Source: Squalus acanthias
Taxonomy: Eukaryota
Length of the DNA: 64,000 bases
Reading direction: 5' to 3'
Assembly (NCBI GenBank): GCA_030390025.1
Contig: CM059432.1
Location: 97,838,001-97,902,000, forward strand
A program made the translations under genes and the position numbers. Below the pieces are notes generated by a model. That model saw only the letters and a program-made list of their open reading frames with translations, made no database searches and had not been told where the DNA came from. Numbering within the stretch: position 1 is the first letter of the stretch; every line of letters starts with the position of its first letter. Shown piece by piece: positions 47,539 to 60,383 of the stretch.

Positions 47539-50500
47539 TTTTTCTTCTTCTTCTTCTCCCTCGGAACCGAGGATGACTTGTTTCCACACTAAAAATGAGT
47601 TCTCAGGTGACCTACAGTCTCTGTTACAGGTGGGGCAGACGGTGGTTGAAGGGGCGGGTGGGTGGGGTGCTTGGGTTGACGTGCGTTCCTTCCGCTGATT
47701 GCGCTTGGCTTCCGCTTGCTCCTGGCGAAGAGACTCGAGGTGTTCGGTGCCTTCCCGGATGCTTCTCCTCCACTTTGTGCGGTCTTGGGCCAGGGATTCC
47801 CAGGTGTCGGTGGGGATGTTGCATTTTTTCAAGGAGGCTTTGAGGGTGTCCTTGAAGCATTTCCTCTGCCCACCTGGGGCTCTCTTGCCGTGTCGGAGCT
47901 CCAAGTAGAGTGCTTGTTTTGAGAGTCTCGTATCGGGCATGCGGACAATGTGGCCCGTCCATCGGAGCTGATCGAGCAAGGTCGATGCTGGGGATGTTGG
48001 CCTGAGCGAGAACATTGACGTTGGTGTGCCTATCCTGCCAATGGATTTGCAGGATCTTGCGGAGGCAGCATTGGTGGTAGCTCTCTAGTGCTTTGAGGTG
48101 CCTCCTGTACATGGTCCATGTCTCTGAAGCATACAGGAGGGCGGGTATCACTACTGCTCTGAAGACCATGAACTTGGTGCTGGGTTTGAGGTCCTGGTCT
48201 TCAAACACTCTCTTCCTCAGGCGACCGAAGGCTGCACTGGTACACTGAAGGCGGTGTTGGACTTCGTCATCGACGTTTGCCCTTGTTGACAGTAGGCTCC
48301 CGAGGTATGGAAAGTGGTCCAGGTTGTCCAAGGCCTCGTCATGGATTTTGATAATCGGGAGCAGTTGGTAGAGGACTTTTTTCTTACCGATGTTTAGTGT
48401 AAGGCCCATGCTCCCGTACGCTTCGGTGAAGGTGTTGACGATGGTTTGGAGTTCGACCTCCGAGTGTGCGCAGACGCAAGCATCGTCTGCATACTGTAAT
48501 TCGATGACAGAGGATGGGATGACCTTGGATCTGGACTGGAGGCGACGGAGGTTGAACGGTTTCCCGTTTGTTCTGTGAATTAGCTCCACTCCAGCGGGGA
48601 GCTTACTGAGGATGAGATGGGGCATTGCAGCAAGGAAGATCGAGAAGAGCGTTGGTGCGATGACACAGCCTTGCTTGACTCCGGTCCGTACATGAATTGG
48701 GTCTGTGGTGGATCCGTTGTTCAGGATTACAGCTTGCATGTTGTCGTGAAGCAGGCGGAGGATGGTGACAAACTTTTGAGGGCAGCCGAATTTGAGGAGG
48801 ACACTCAATAATCCCTCATGGTTGACGGTGTCGAAGGCCTTTGTGAGGTCAAAGAAGGCCATGTACAGTAGTTGGTGCTGTTCCCTGCATTTCTCTTGTA
48901 GTTGACGCACAGTGAAGATCATGTCCATCGTGCCCATTAGTGGGCGGAATTCACATTGCGACTCTGGGAGGAGCTCTTCAGCCACTGGGAGAAGGTGATA
49001 GAGGAGGATTCTTGCGATGACTTTCCCTGTGGCAGACAGCAGGGAGACTCCTCTGTAATTACCGCAATCCGACTTGTCACCTTTCTTGAAGATGGTCACA
49101 ATTATGGCATCTCTGAGATCCCCTGGCACGCTCTCCTCCTTCCAAATAAGAGAAATGAGTTCATGTATTCACGCCAATAGTGCTTCTCCACCATGTTTTA
49201 GCGCCTCGGCGGGGATTCCATCTGCTCCTGAGGTCTTGTTGTTCTTTAGTTATTGCATGGCCTTTTCAACCTCATGCCGGGCTGGGGTTGTGCTGAGGTG
49301 GTGGTGGGTAGCACGCTGCGGGATGGAGTTGAGGACACTCACGTCGAAGACAGAGTCTCGGTTAAGGAGATCTTCGAAGTGCTCCTTCCAGTGGGCACTG
49401 ACTGCCTCTCTGTCCTTGATGAGTACCTCTCCGTTCTTGGCCCGCAGTGGGGTAGGACCTTGGGTGCTAGAGCCGTAGGTGGTCTTGACTGCGCTAAAGA
49501 ATCCACGCACATCGTGGTTGTCAGCTAGCTGCTGGATCTCCTGCGCTTTCTCCACCCACCATCTGTTCTTTAGGTTGTGAGTTTTTTGTTGGACCTCGGC
49601 CTTCAGGCATCTGCAGAGCTGCTTTCTTGCTCTCGAGTTCTGTTGCTGTTTCCAGCTCAGGAATGTCTTGCGCTTGCGGCTTATTAGCTCCTGGATCTCC
49701 TGGTCGTTCTCGTCGAACCAGTCTTGGTGTTTCCTGGTCGAGTGACCGAGCGTCTCTTCACAGGTGCTGATTATGGAGGCCTTGAGTGCAGACCAGGCGC
49801 TGTGGACACTCTGGGGGAAAAATTAGGTCGCGCCCCATTTGGGGCGCAAATATCGTCTGGACGCAAATATTAGCGCCTGGCGCTAATTATCGGCACTGAC
49901 TGGAAACTTCACTTTTACCGCCCCGGGAGGTGAGTGGAGCGCTAAATCAGGCGCTGCACACCTGTCTTAAGGCGCAAAGGCCAAGGAGTGAGGCGCTACC
50001 TCAGAGCGCTGGCGAAGCTCATGTAATGTCAGTCAGCAATGGAACACACACACAATGGCACGGGCCAGTTCTTAAAGGGGATGGTTAATCTTGCTTTCCA
50101 TCCACATCCTGTTCATTGCAGCCTTGAATCTCGGCCTGGAGAGACTTGCACATCAAATGTGCTGGAAAGAACAATGGAGAGTACCGGGCAAAGAGCTCAG
50201 AGTGCAGCTCCCACAGTCTCTGCTAAATCGATACAAGGAATGACAAATCAAAATGAACCTGCAAAGTGCTGCTCAGTACCCAAAACTCCTTCACACAACG
50301 TTGAATCTCTCCAGAAGTCTCTCCCTCTCGCTCTCAGAATGCGTAGTTCAAAAATGCCACCAACAATAAAAGACAAGAAGAGGCCCCCTTTAAATAGCGC
50401 CCCCCCCCAGCCCCACAGCGATTGATAGCATTCCAGTCTTCTGGTCGTTGGATGCGCCAGGCGGTAAGGCAGGGGGCGCCACTCGATTTCCGCTCCGGGG

Positions 50501-50775
50501 CACCACAAGGGCGTTGCACCATGGAATGACGTCACAATCTGCGCGCGCAGGTGGTCGCAGCGGTAAAGTTTAGCGCCGCCGCACAATCTCTAGTTAAGTT
50601 CCCGAGCGGCGCAAACATCGCTGTGCCCGGGCGTTAGCGGCTTTGCGCCCCATTAGTGCCCTCTTAAGGCGCTAACGGGAGGCGCAACCAACTGAATTTT
50701 TACCCCTCTGTGTCTCTGAATCACTGGGAGTCGTCAGGTTGGTTGTGAGGCGCAGGCTGAATAGGGCTTTCTTAG
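47539..50775 (-). mobile_element. RTE-BovB-like LINE (5' truncated, RT largely open), interrupted by a MITE
   Basis: NYRGVSLLS, FFDLTKAFD, GVKQGCVIAP, LQYADD; (GAA)n tail; reading frame rejoins across 49813-50706 (SDSETQSVHSAWSALKA). Confidence 0.95.
49813..50706 (+). mobile_element. MITE family M copy 2 (894 bp)
   Basis: TIRs GGGGGAAAAATT / AATTTTTACCCC; TSD TCT (49810-49812, 50707-50709). Confidence 0.93.
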
Positions 50776-52044
50776 CAGATCATCACTCACTCATGTTGTT
50801 GCAACTGTGAACATATTATTTTCCTGTTTCTTGAATAACACATTGAATGGTAACTAAAGTACTCTAATCTCAAATTATGTATTCTACGACATTGTTCTTA
50901 ATAGCCTTGCGACCAACACAATTTCAACATTATACAAGTCATGAGTGTGTCTTCTATCATCCTTTGGATATTAATTTAGTTCAGCTAGTTTCTAGCTGTA
51001 GATGGTAGGACAATGACATTAGTAGGTCTTGATGGATTAGCATAATGTCCCATCACTTTTATGACATGGGTTCCATTCTAGCCCAGAATGAAAGTTTGCA
51101 TTCCTTGCTGACTGTAACTATCCAAGTTGGATAGTTTCAACTCAACAGCTGATGAATGAAGCAGTCTTCTCAAAAAAGGTTTGAAGGATTTCTGGTGTGG
51201 GAAATTGAAATGTTACAGAAATGCATTAATTGCCCAATTTTTGTAAATTTAACAAACCAAATCAAAATGATACTGGACTGTCTCCTGTTCTATAAAAATA
51301 TTTTTAACTCAAAAGAAATATCTACAAATTTAGTTCAAATAAACAACTCTTATTCAATTGTCTGCATCTTTCTGCTATAATACGTCAAAGTTATTTAATT
51401 ACATTTTTGTTTCTGATAAATACTTTTCTATTCTGCTAGAATTGTATCTCAATTTGATTACTGTACAAAGTTAACATGACATACCCAGGTCCAGTCATTC
51501 TATTATAAACAATGTTGTTCCCATGGAGACGGAGAGGAAATGACCCCGAAGAATGATAACCCTGTTAGCAAAAACAGTGCGTTTTTCATAAGGAAGCTTA
51601 TCAGAATGTGAAATTCTTTACAACAAGTGATCATTGACACAGAGACTATAATGTCATTTAAATGTAATTGTATACATATTTGAAAAGGAAAATAAAGAAG
51701 TATAATTGAATGGGGAGGAAAATGGGATTAGAGTAGATAGTTCCAGAAGAAGAGCTAGCACTAGCATAAGTTCTGCGCTGAAATTTGCTATTACACAAGA
51801 CACTCTTTTTTGGAATTACATTTCATCCTTTTGTGTTAAGTCTCCATCATGATTCATTGTACTTTGGCATACTTCCTAACGTAAATTAGGAGTAGGAACA
51901 ATGCCCAAAGTCCAAACTAAGACAGTGATTTACAACCTACAGTTTTATCTCACAGGACTTCGAGGAAAATTATCTCCATTAAATCTGACCTGGAAATACT
52001 TGATACTTGCACTAGTGGCCGATTTTAACTTGGTTAGCATTAAC

Positions 52045-52175
52045 AATGCTGATGAAAAGTCATTGACCTGAAACGTTAAGTTTGTTTCTCCACAGATGCT
52101 GCCTGACCTGCTGAGTATTTCCAGCATTTTCTGTTTTTATTTCAGATTTCCAGCATCCACAGTATTTTGCTTCTG
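52045..52175 (+). repeat. Penelope-terminal-like short repeat with a minimal hammerhead core
   Basis: CTGATGA-A-AAGTC-ATT-GACCT-GAAACGTT followed by CAGATGCTGCCTGACCTGCTGAGTATTTCCAGCATTTTCTG. Confidence 0.7.
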
Positions 52176-52602
52176 TATCAGCATTAACAAGACTGTAACA
52201 GCCTCAAATTGGGGTCAGTCGACTTACAGCCCCACTAATGCTGCCATTTTTAAAGGGACCCATAGATGGGAAGTCGAAGCACATGCCTGTTTCAGGTGGT
52301 GTCCCTTTTAATATGCAAAGTGAGGTCCTATGAAGTACATAGGATCCCGACTGCCATTTTAATACAGAAATGAGCAGGACCTGCACCATTATCTCTCCGA
52401 CCAGTTTTCCTGGCGGTACAGCAGGAGAGCCCTAAAAAGGTAAGGAATGTCACCCATGATAGTGAACCACCCGCCCCCACCAGTCCCCTCCACCCCCCTT
52501 TATCCCTAGGATTTAACTTGCTGTCGGTCAGGCAGCCTCTGATATTGTGCCTGCCTGAATCCAGCAAGATGCATCAGGATGGTTCTCTGGCACAGATACA
52601 TT

Positions 52603-53075
52603 GGCCGGAATTTTGCCTACCTTGGTGGTGTGGGTGGCGTCTGTGGGGGGTCACGACCCCGCTGCTGGCTCCATCCCGCTGTTGAACATGAACTTACCTT
52701 AATGGGGCCTATTAAGCCCGCCCAGTACGTTACTCCGCCCAATTAGATGGAGCGGGTCTGGTGACGTCATTCATGACGCATTTTCAGTCGGGATATTTAA
52801 AGGGACCATGGCTACATTAGATTTGGCGTTTAATCTAACATAGTGCTGTCAGTGTTCTACAGCATTGGAGTGTTGCAAACACTGACAATGACTGCACAGA
52901 GGCAGAGGGCTGCACCCAGGTTCTCCGATAACTCCCTCCATATGCTTATGGAGGGAGGCACAGCATGCAGGAAGGACAAAAATAACAAAAAAAAACAACC
53001 CGCTGTCAAAAATACCAACATCCCCACCCGACCCGCCACCGATCGTGCCCGCTACCACCCCGGAAAATTCTGGCC
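52603..53075 (+). mobile_element. Non-autonomous Harbinger deletion derivative (473 bp)
   Basis: TIRs GGCCGGAATTTT / AAAATTCTGGCC; TSD ATT; retains Myb start MTAQRQRAAPRFSDNSLHMLMEG; inserted in a CR1 3' tail. Confidence 0.88.
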
Positions 53076-53644
53076 ATTGGGTCGAATGGCCTCCTTCTGT
53101 GCCGTAAATTTCTATGCTTCTATGGTTCTATGATTTAAATGAAGCCTGGGCCTTGAAATGGCTCTTGCCTCTTTGCTGCTTTTCATTCATTGAGGATCAT
53201 CAGACATCTGACAGATACTTGCTGAACCAGACAAGAACCATCATTTTGTTATTTGGACTAAGCCATAAAAAATGTAGTCAATATGTGTAAAAATGATGAA
53301 GTTAAGATCGGGAAGTGTTTAATGTTCTGTATGATCACATTGTGGAGGTTTGAGGAGAATCAAAAGTATTGCCATCAATATTCCTGGTTGGGTAAAGAGG
53401 GAAAAATCAAATATGAAACAACTATGAAATATATATTGTGCCTTTTTTTTAAATGGGATTTTTTTATGCTCATCAAAACAAAGAGGTAAGTTACAGATAA
53501 TGGAATAACAACAACTTCCATTTATATAGTGCCTTTCTCGTAAAAAAAAAATCCAATTGCACCTCACAGAGGTGTCATCAAAATTGAGTGCCCGAGCCAA
53601 AGAAGAAGAGGTTACACAATTAGAAGGCGTGAGTAACTAACTAA

Positions 53645-53970
53645 TTAACTGGTAGTTGCCAGTGTCATAGCTGTACTGAACAACTTTGTTAGGTGAGCAG
53701 CTAGATCTGGTGCATGGGTCTTCAGCATTACAGCCAGAATATTGTCAGGGCCCATAGCCTTTGTTGTGGCCAGTGCACTTAGCCACTTTTTAATGTCAAG
53801 TGGAGTGAACTGAATTAGCTGGATACTAGCATCTCTGAGGGTTGGGACCTTGGGAGGAGGCATAGTAGGATACTCCACTTGGCACTTTTGGTTGAAGACT
53901 CTTGTAAACACTTCGGCATTGTCTCTTGCACTTGTGTTGGGCTCCACCATCATTGAGGATGAGGATATTC
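53645..53970 (-). mobile_element. Zenon-like LINE fragment
   Basis: [19 protein letters not shown]...TKAMGPDNILAVMLKT. Confidence 0.75.
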
Positions 53971-53974
53971 CTCC

Positions 53975-54110
53975 ACTTAGTTGCTTGGCAGGTTGTGACT
54001 AGTGGTGTCCCCCAGGGATCTGTACTGGGGCCTCAGTTTTTCACTATATTTATAAATAACTTAGATGAAGAAATAGAGAGTCAGATATCCACGTTTGCTG
54101 ATGACACTAA
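53975..54110 (+). mobile_element. CR1 RT fragment
   Basis: [27 protein letters not shown]...FADDTK. Confidence 0.85.
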
Positions 54111-54457
54111 GGGGGAGAAATTCACTATCGCCGTTTGGGCCGCTAATTTTTAAAAGTTTAAAAAGTTAGCGCCAGGTGCTAACGATTTAAAACTTCTGAA
54201 AAATTCACCGTTTGCGCTCCAAGAAGGAAGTGGAGCGCTAAATCAAGCACTCCACTTCCTTCTTGGAGTGCAATCGGCAGCAGGCGGGGCGGAGACTTCA
54301 GCAGCGCGGCACACCGGGCGAAGGAGATTGGGGCACAATGCTGTAGTGCCGCCACCACAAAACTCCCGCCGAATATGGCAGGAGTCGATGTCAGCGCCAC
54401 ACCCAGTCGTAAAGCCATTTGCACCCCGTTAGCGCCCCCTGCTTTTCAAAATAGCGC
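54111..54457. mobile_element. Harbinger-type MITE fragment (left end)
   Basis: Starts GGGGGAGAAATTC; TTAGCGCC repeats; same internal palindrome as 359-418. Confidence 0.75.
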
Positions 54458-54662
54458 CATAGGATCTTTTGACATCCACCTGAGAGAGCAGGTGGTTTAA
54501 CATCTCATCCGAAAGACAGCACCTCCAACAGTGCAGCACTCCTTCAGCACTGCAGTGGAGTGTCGGCCTAGATTTTTGTGCTCAAGTTTCATGGAGTGGA
54601 ACTTGAACCCACAACATTCTGGCTCAGAGGCAAGAGTCCTACCCACTGAGCCAAAGCTGACA
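54458..54662 (-). mobile_element. DeuSINE/SacSINE-like 5' half
   Basis: Reverse complement gives GGCTCAGTGGGTAGGACTCTTGCCTCTGAGCCAGAATGTTGTGGGTTCAAGTTCC (A/B boxes) plus the Deu core. Confidence 0.82.
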
Positions 54663-55509
54663 CTCAGGGGGTTGAATGTGTACCTTAATGGTCTGAGACT
54701 TACATTTGAAGATAAGTACATCAGGATGACCTTTAGACTAGATATTGATCTAAAGTGAGGATATAAAAGTGAGGGCCCCACAATCCAATATGTTGCCTTG
54801 TACAAAATAACAGAGCCTTATCTGAAGAGCTCCAGACTTTCCCCATCTATGTGTAACATCTGCTGTGATTTCTAATGTTAAAATAGAAAACTTTTTGAAC
54901 TAACTTTTAATAAATTCTATCATTTTATAAAAAGGACAGAAAGCTTTGTTGAATTTTATGCTTTGAAATATTAGCTATATTAACAACCACTGAATGTCAA
55001 AAATGACAAAAGTTTGTCTCTAAATGTGCCTACCTTTACAGAGAAGCCTCGTTACCCCAGTTGATGCAATGGTCATTCTTCATTCAAAGAGAAATACTTT
55101 TAAATTCTTCATCTCGTGCCTTGCAGCAAAGGTGAACTTTCTGTTTGAACGAGTCAGTCTCAAATTATTGATGAACTGTCCAAAACATCGATTCCTATGG
55201 ATGGCTTATCTAATTGCTAGATCTCTCTTTGGTTGTAAAAGAATAATGCATAGTCTATTACTGGAGAGCATCTATATGACGTAAACTTCATCAATGCATC
55301 ACTTAATACTTTTTGTAGTTTAACAGTTAGATCCAACATGAAAGGTAACAATGTGTAGTCTATTCCTCTTAATTTAAAGGTGCTTAATTTGAATTATTTG
55401 TTCATTTGAATTGAAATTGTGTAAAAAAGCCTCATGTATTTTACCAACATTATTTTACCAAAATTACTGGTTAACAACTTTTTGAGCAAAAAATAACTGC
55501 ATTAATAAG

Positions 55510-58500
55510 AATAGACACAGCGTGGCCTGAGCGTAGGTGGCAGGAGAATAAATAGAGCCGGAGAGAAGCCCCAGGACCCAGCGCAGACCTGAGCAGAGGC
55601 AGCAATATGTACTCGGCGAAACCAAAAACAACAAAAAGAGCAAGGAGCAACGTCACAGGACGGCAGGTAGGTGATTGGTTGGTGAGTATTCTGTTTGTCA
55701 TTTTCTCTCTAAGTTAGAGCCATGGGTTAAACTAAGAAGTTTGGTTAGTAGTCTAATAAATAGAGGCATGGCAGGGCATCTCAGTCCAATCGAATGCACA
55801 TCCAGTGCCATGTGGGAACTCCAGGATGCATCTCGCATCCTGGACAACCACATGTGCAGGAAGTGTCGTCAGCTCGAGGAGCTCGAGCTCCGAGTTTCAG
55901 AGCTTAGGCAGTGGTTGGCGTCACTGCAGTGCATCCACGAGGCCAAGAGCTACGTGGATAGCATCTTTCAGGAGGTGGTCTTAAGAGTTTGCGGGCAGAG
56001 AAGGAATGGGTGGCCACCAGACAGAAGAGGAGGACCAGGCAGGTAGTGCAGGAGTCCCCTGAGTGCATCTCGCTCTCTAACCGGTACTGGTGAGGGAAAT
56101 GGTTCCTCTGGGGAGTACAGCCAGAGCCAAGTCCATGCCACCATGGGTGACTCAGCTGTACAGTGGGGGAGGAGGAAGGTCAGAAATGCAATAGTGATAG
56201 GGGATTCAATAGGTAAGGGAACAGACAGGCGATTCTACGACTGCAGACGTGACTCCAGGATGTTATATTGCCTCCATGGTGCCAGGATCAAGGATGTCAC
56301 TGAGCGGCTGCAGGACATTCTGAGGGAGGAGGGTGAACAGCCAGGCGTTGTGGTCCATATCGGTACCAATGACATAGGTAGAAAGAGGGATGAGGTCTTG
56401 CAGCAGAATTTAGGGAGCTAGGAAAAAGATTAGGAAGCAGGACCTCAAAGGTAGTAATCACCGGATTACTCCCGGTGCCACAGTGAGTACAGAAATAGGA
56501 GGATAGAGCAGATGAATGCATGGCTGGAGAGATGGTGCAGGAGGGAGGGCTTAAGATTCCTGAGGCATTGGGACCGGTTCTAGGGGAGGTGGGACCTGTA
56601 CAAACTGGACGGGTTGTACCTCAACAGGGCCAGGACCAATATCCTTGCTGGGGTTGGGGGGAGCGGGGGGTGGGGGGGGGGGGGGGTTTGCTCGTGCTGT
56701 TGGGGAGGGTTTAAACTAGCTTGGCAGGGGGATGGGAATCTGAGCGTAGATTTAGTAGGAGAGTAGTAATGCTGGAAATGGAAGGCAGAAAATTAGTAAG
56801 TGAGTTTGGCAGTGCTAAATGGTATATACTTCACTGCAAGGAGTCTAGAGAATAAAGCAGATGAGCTGAAGGCACAGATAGATGTGTGGAAGTATGATAT
56901 CATAGCTATTACTGAAACATGGCTTAAAGAAGGGCAGGAATGGCAGCCCAACATTCCTGGTTACAGGGTTTTCAGACAAGTTAGAGAGGGGGATAAAAAG
57001 GGAGGGGGGGGTCGCAATATTGGTTAAAGAAACAATTACAGCTGTGAGGAGGGATCATACGTTAGAAGGATCATCAAATAATGCCATATGGGTTGAACTG
57101 AAGAACAAAAAAGGGGCAATTACACTGCTGGGACTGTACTATAGACCTCCAAACAGAGGGAGATAGAAGAGCAAATATGTAGGCAAATTTCTGAGAAATT
57201 CAAAAACAACAGCACGAGCAAGTAATATTAATTGAGATCAAATTAATGTAAAAGGTATAGAGGACGCATAATTCTTAAAATGCATTCAGGAGAACTTTTT
57301 TAGCCAGTATGTAGCAAGCCCAACAAGAGAGGGGGCAGTTCTGGACTTAGTTTTAGGGAATGAAGCTGGGCAGGTGGAAGAGGCATCAGTGGGAGAGCAT
57401 TTTGGTGGTAGTGATCATAATCAGTTAGATTTAGAGTAGTTATGGAAAAGAACAAAGATAGACCAGGTGTATAAGTTCTCAATTGGGGAAAGGCCAATTT
57501 TACTAAGCTGAGATGTGATTTAGCAAAAGTGGACTGGTAACAGCTACTTGAAGGTAAATCAGTGTCAGAGCAGTGGAAGGCATTCAAGGAGGAGATAGTG
57601 AGGGTCCAGAGCAAATATGTTCCTGCAAAGAAAAAGGGTGGGACTCCCAAATCTAGAGCCCCCTGGATATCAAGGAGCAGACAGCGTAGGATCAGGAAAA
57701 AGAGGGAAGCTTATGGCAGATACCAAGAGCTCAATACTACAGAAAGCCGAGAGGAGTATAGAAAGTGCAGGGGTGAAATTAAAAAAATTAGGAAAGCAAG
57801 GAGAGAGCATGAAAAAATATTGGCAAATAAAATCAAGGAAAACCCAAAGATGTTTTATAAATACATAAAGAGCAAGAGGATAACTAAGGAAAGAGTAGGG
57901 CCTATTAGAGACCAAAAAAGTACCTGTGTGTGGAGGCAGAAGACGTGGGTATGGTTCTTAATGGATACTTTGCGTCTGTCTTCACAGAAGAGAGGGACAA
58001 TGCAGACATTGTAGTTGAGGAGGAGTGTGAAGTATTAGATGGGAGAAACATAGAGAGAGAGGAAGTATTAAGAGGTATAGCATCTTTGAAAGTAGATGAA
58101 TCGCCAGTCCCAGATGAAATGTATCCCAGGCTCTTAAGAGAGGCAAGGGAGGAAATAGCGGAGGCTCTGACCATCATTTTCTAATCCTCTCTGGCTACAG
58201 GTGTGGTGCCGGAGGACTGGAGGACTGCTAATGTTGTGCCATTGTTTAAAAAGGAAGAAAGGGATATACCAAATAATTACAGGTCAGTCAGCCTAACCTC
58301 GGTGGTGGAAAGGCATGGATTAATCAAGGACAGTCAGCATGGATTTGTTAAGGGAAGGTCGTGTCTGATAAACTTGATTGAATTTTTTGAGGAGGTAACG
58401 AGGAGGATCGATGAGAGTTGTGCATTTGCTCTCGTCTACATGGATTGTAGCAAGGCCTTTGATAAGGTCCCACATGGCAGGTTGGCCAAAAAAGTAAAAG

Positions 58501-59565
58501 CCCATGGGATCATGGGCAAGTTGGATCCAAAATTGGCTCAGTGGCAGGAAGCAAGCGTAATGGTCGACGGATGTTTTTGTAACTGGAAGGTTGTTTCCAG
58601 TGGGGTTCCACAGGGCTCGGTACGAGGTCCCTTGTTATTTGTGGTATATATCAATGATTTAGTCTTCAATGTAGGGGGCATGGTTAAGAAGTATGCAGAT
58701 GATACAAAAATTGGCCGTGTGGTTGATACTGAGGAAGAAAGCTGTAGACTGCAGGAAGATATCAATGGACTGGTCAGATAGGCAGAAAAGTGGCAAATGG
58801 AATTCAATCCGGAGAAGTGTGAGGTAATGCATTTGGGGAGGGCTAACAAGGCAAGGGAATACACATTAAATGGTAGGATACTGAGAAGTGTAGAGGAACA
58901 GTGGGACTTTGGAGTGCACGTCCACAGATCCCTGAAGGTAGCAGGACAGATAGATAAGGTGGTTAAGAAGGTATATGGGATACTTTCCTTTATTAGCTGA
59001 GGCATAGAATATAAGAGCAGGGAGGATATGCTAGAACTATATAAAACATTAGGCCACAGTTAGAGTACTGCATACAGTTCTGGTCACCCCATTACAGGAA
59101 GGATGTGATTGCACTCGAGCGGGTACAGAGGAGATTTACGAGGATGTTGCCAGGACTGGAGAATTTTAGCTATGAGGAAAGATTGGATAGGCTGGAGTTG
59201 GTTTTTTTGGAACAAAGGAGGCTAAGGGGAGATTTAATTGAGGTGTATAAAATTATGAGGGGCCTAGGTAAAGTGGATAGGAAGCACCTATTTCCCTTAG
59301 AAGAGAGGTCAATAGCTGGGGCATAGATTTAAAGTAATTGGTAGAAGGATTAGAGGGAATTTGAGGAGAAATCTTTTCACCCAGAGGGCGGTGGGGGTCT
59401 GGAACCCACTACCTGAAAAGATATGCATCTGAAGTGCTGTAACCTGCAAAGCTATGGACCAAGAGCTGGAAAGTGGGTTTAGGCTGGATAGCTCTTTTTC
59501 GACTGGCATAGACACGATGGGCCAAATGGCCTCCTTCTGTGTCGTAAATTTTTATGATTTTATGA
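55510..59565 (+). mobile_element. Essentially full-length decayed CR1 LINE (5'UTR, ORF1 zinc finger + SGNH esterase, ORF2 endonuclease-RT)
   Basis: ORF1 HMCRKCRQLEELELRV, IVIGDSI, HIGTNDI; ORF2 IAITETWL, QHGFVKGRSCL, KYADDTK; tail TTTTTATGATTTTATGA. Confidence 0.92.
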
Positions 59566-59871
59566 GGCTATATTCTGTAAGAAAGAGGTTGGCCTCGATT
59601 TGTATAGGGGGCTAGGAAGTGTGCGGGTGACGAACCTGGCAAGGTCGGTGACGTGGAGGCCCTGTCTATCTTAATGGCAGGGCTTCATTTGAATAAATCT
59701 CTGCAGAATCCCGCCGACACCTGGCCAGGTTGACTACCTGGCTGGTGCGCAGGAGTGGGCATATGACGGCTGGAGGTGTTGGTGGACAAAGATCCCCACA
59801 TTTTCTTTGGGTGCGCGGTCACTTTAACAGGCTGCGCGGGACCTCCAGACAGCTGCGCGGCTGCGCAGCTT

Positions 59872-60000
59872 AGCAAGCACAGGGTGATGGGTGAATGGGA
59901 CTTTCTGCATGTTACAATACATGCAGCAGAGTTTTGGATGAGCTCAAGTTCATTGAGGGTGGAAGATGGAAGGCTGGCCAGGAGAACATTGGAATAGTTG
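59872..60000 (-). mobile_element. L2 LINE fragment
   Basis: YSNVLLASLPSSTLNELELIQNSAA; homologous to 13500-13625. Confidence 0.75.
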
Positions 60001-60102
60001 AAATAACAACAGAAAACGCTGGAAAAACTCAGCAGGCCAGGCAGCATCCGTAGAGAGAGAAACAGAATTAATGTTTCAGGTCGAAGACCTTTCGTCAGAA
60101 TA
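60001..60102 (-). repeat. Penelope-terminal-like short repeat with a minimal hammerhead core
   Basis: Minus strand reads CTGACGA-A-AGGTC-TTC-GACCT-GAAACATT...GGATGCTGCCTGGCCTGCTGAGTTTTTCCAGC. Confidence 0.72.
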
Positions 60103-60383
60103 GTTGAGTTCGGCAAATTACACATAAATGTAATGTTATGCATGTTGTAGGATCAACACAAAATACACTCTCATTTTTTAAAATTCATTTATTTATTGCC
60201 CATCCCTAGTTTCCATTGAGAGGGTGCTAGTGAGCTGCATTCTTGTGGTCTGGGGGGTAGGGGGAGGAGAGGGAGAACGTGATGCAGGTGTAAAGGGGGT
60301 GGGGGTGGAAGAACGTGATCCAGGCCTAACAGAGGGCAGGAGAATATGATCCATCTTCCCATCTGGATCATGTTCTTGCTCTA

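Noticed and set aside
51116..51136. Perfect 10-bp inverted repeat AACTATCCAA-G-TTGGATAGTT
   Set aside because: Short, isolated and plausible by chance in 64 kb.
54595..54662. tRNA gene
   Set aside because: The A/B boxes belong to a SINE head that continues into the Deu core; no full cloverleaf.
55024..55284. Host coding exon
   Set aside because: No recognisable protein similarity or consistent splice and frame support.
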